64,000 nt of DNA, from the NCBI GenBank assembly GCA_963665115.1, contig OY762007.1:4832001-4896000 (forward strand), read 5' to 3'. Position 1 is the first letter of the stretch. The number at the start of each line of letters is the position of its first letter. This document shows, in pieces, positions 63,002-64,000 of the stretch. The notes beneath the pieces are model-generated. The model made no database searches and had not been told where the DNA came from. It saw nothing but the letters and a program-made list of their open reading frames with translations. The DNA is from an uncultured Rivularia sp. GTDB taxonomy: Bacteria > Cyanobacteriota > Cyanobacteriia > Cyanobacteriales > Nostocaceae. Position numbers and translations under genes: made by a program.

Positions 63002-64000
63002 TTAAACTTTTGCTTGAGAAAACATTGCTTTAGTTGCTGATTCTCCTGCTAATCTAACCTGCTTGATTAAATGCCGATTCAATAATCCTAAAATAACTAG
63101 TTGGCAAAGAAAAGCAATAAAAATGCTGGTAACTGTAGACTGCTCGACAGTAAACCAGAAAGCAACCGTGAATAGCCACAAAATATTTTCTGGTTGAATG
63201 TTTAGAATAGCAAAAACTATTATTGGTGAAATAATTATTGCACTTGTAGTTCCCATTGCCCATAAAGTGCGCTTAGAGTTTTTCAGCATCAACATGATTT
63301 GAGCAATAGTAGCGTAAATCGTGATTAAACTGACAAAAACTAATAAGGTACTCAAAATCCATAGAATTGTCTTGCTTGAATTTGAGTTATCAATATTTGC
63401 TTTTAAAAATAGTACAACAAAGGCACTTGCAGCAATTGATAGATCGATCGCGATTGCTAAAATAGCTGGGCTTTTCTCACCGAACATTAATTCTGAAAGT
63501 ATAGACTTTTTAGATGCATCCTTCTGATATCGAAATCGCGCCCAGTCTTGTATCGCTTGACGATGAGGTAACAAAAGAGCAAAAAATGGCACAATCAAAA
63601 ACAGATTCCATGCATATAAACTGAGGATACCCTCATACAAGCCGTTCCAGCGAGTATAATCTTCGGAAACATAAAATCCTAAAATCATTACCTCAAAACT
63701 TGCAACAATCAAATAACTTTGCTGTTTACTGATAATCGTTGCATTAGGATTGCGAAAACAACGTTTTAATCCTTGCCAAGCCCAATATGTCCAGAGAGCG
63801 TAATTTAATAAATGTATTCCTACTACACCAACAAAACTTTTCCCCAGAGCGAAATTAAAAAACTCTAAATCTTGTAGTGCTGAATTTGAATTAGACAGGT
63901 TTGGAAAAAGATAATTAGCTATATCCGTAGGGCTAAATAATCTAAAAAAAGCAATGTAACTGTGATAATTACCTGCGAAAGTTATAGGCACGTTTATCCA
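63002..64000 (-). CDS. C-terminal part of a polytopic membrane protein (ABC-2 permease-like), truncated by the window edge
   Basis: Frame stays open to the window end; many TM segments; DWARFR and GESATK motifs. Confidence 0.75.
   Translation of the reverse strand, partial: WINVPITFAGNYHSYIAFFRLFSPTDIANYLFPNLSNSNSALQDLEFFNFALGKSFVGVVGIHLLNYALWTYWAWQGLKRCFRNPNATIISKQQSYLIVASFEVMILGFYVSEDYTRWNGLYEGILSLYAWNLFLIVPFFALLLPHRQAIQDWARFRYQKDASKKSILSELMFGEKSPAILAIAIDLSIAASAFVVLFLKANIDNSNSSKTILWILSTLLVFVSLITIYATIAQIMLMLKNSKRTLWAMGTTSAIIISPIIVFAILNIQPENILWLFTVAFWFTVEQSTVTSIFIAFLCQLVILGLLNRHLIKQVRLAGESATKAMFSQAKV

Overview
AT-rich chromosomal window from a filamentous, probably heterocyst-forming (Nostocales/Rivulariaceae-like) cyanobacterium. 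The assignment rests on frequent HIP1 octamers (GCGATCGC), heptamer STRR tracts and typical cyanobacterial genes. Core genes include a class A PBP, tyrS, pyrF, ilvC, glgA, cysA, holB-tmk, trxA/rexT, ppgK, eda and ffh-rpsP-khpA-phoH. Accessory genes include two Ser/Thr kinases, two exported HEAT-repeat paralogs, three tandem vWA proteins, a secreted EndoU-like nuclease, two Uma2 proteins and a TetR/SnoaL/DUF6463 module. One apparently complete IS607-family element (56819-59194) carries a serine recombinase and a large, zinc-finger-less TnpB-like RuvC protein that has its own candidate promoter. The most striking unexplained structure is non-coding: at 43262-43950, six cassettes (five complete at 102-149 bp, bounded by TA-ended inverted repeats; the sixth truncated) are stacked head to tail. 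Each cassette is separated by a single CTAA and carries a REP-like hairpin as cargo. Related shell-plus-cargo elements, nested micro-insertions and several GTAG-REP families are scattered through the window. Four genes carry +1 frameshifts, all at or next to GGNNCC, which may be systematic sequencing errors. No rRNA, tRNA or CRISPR array was seen.
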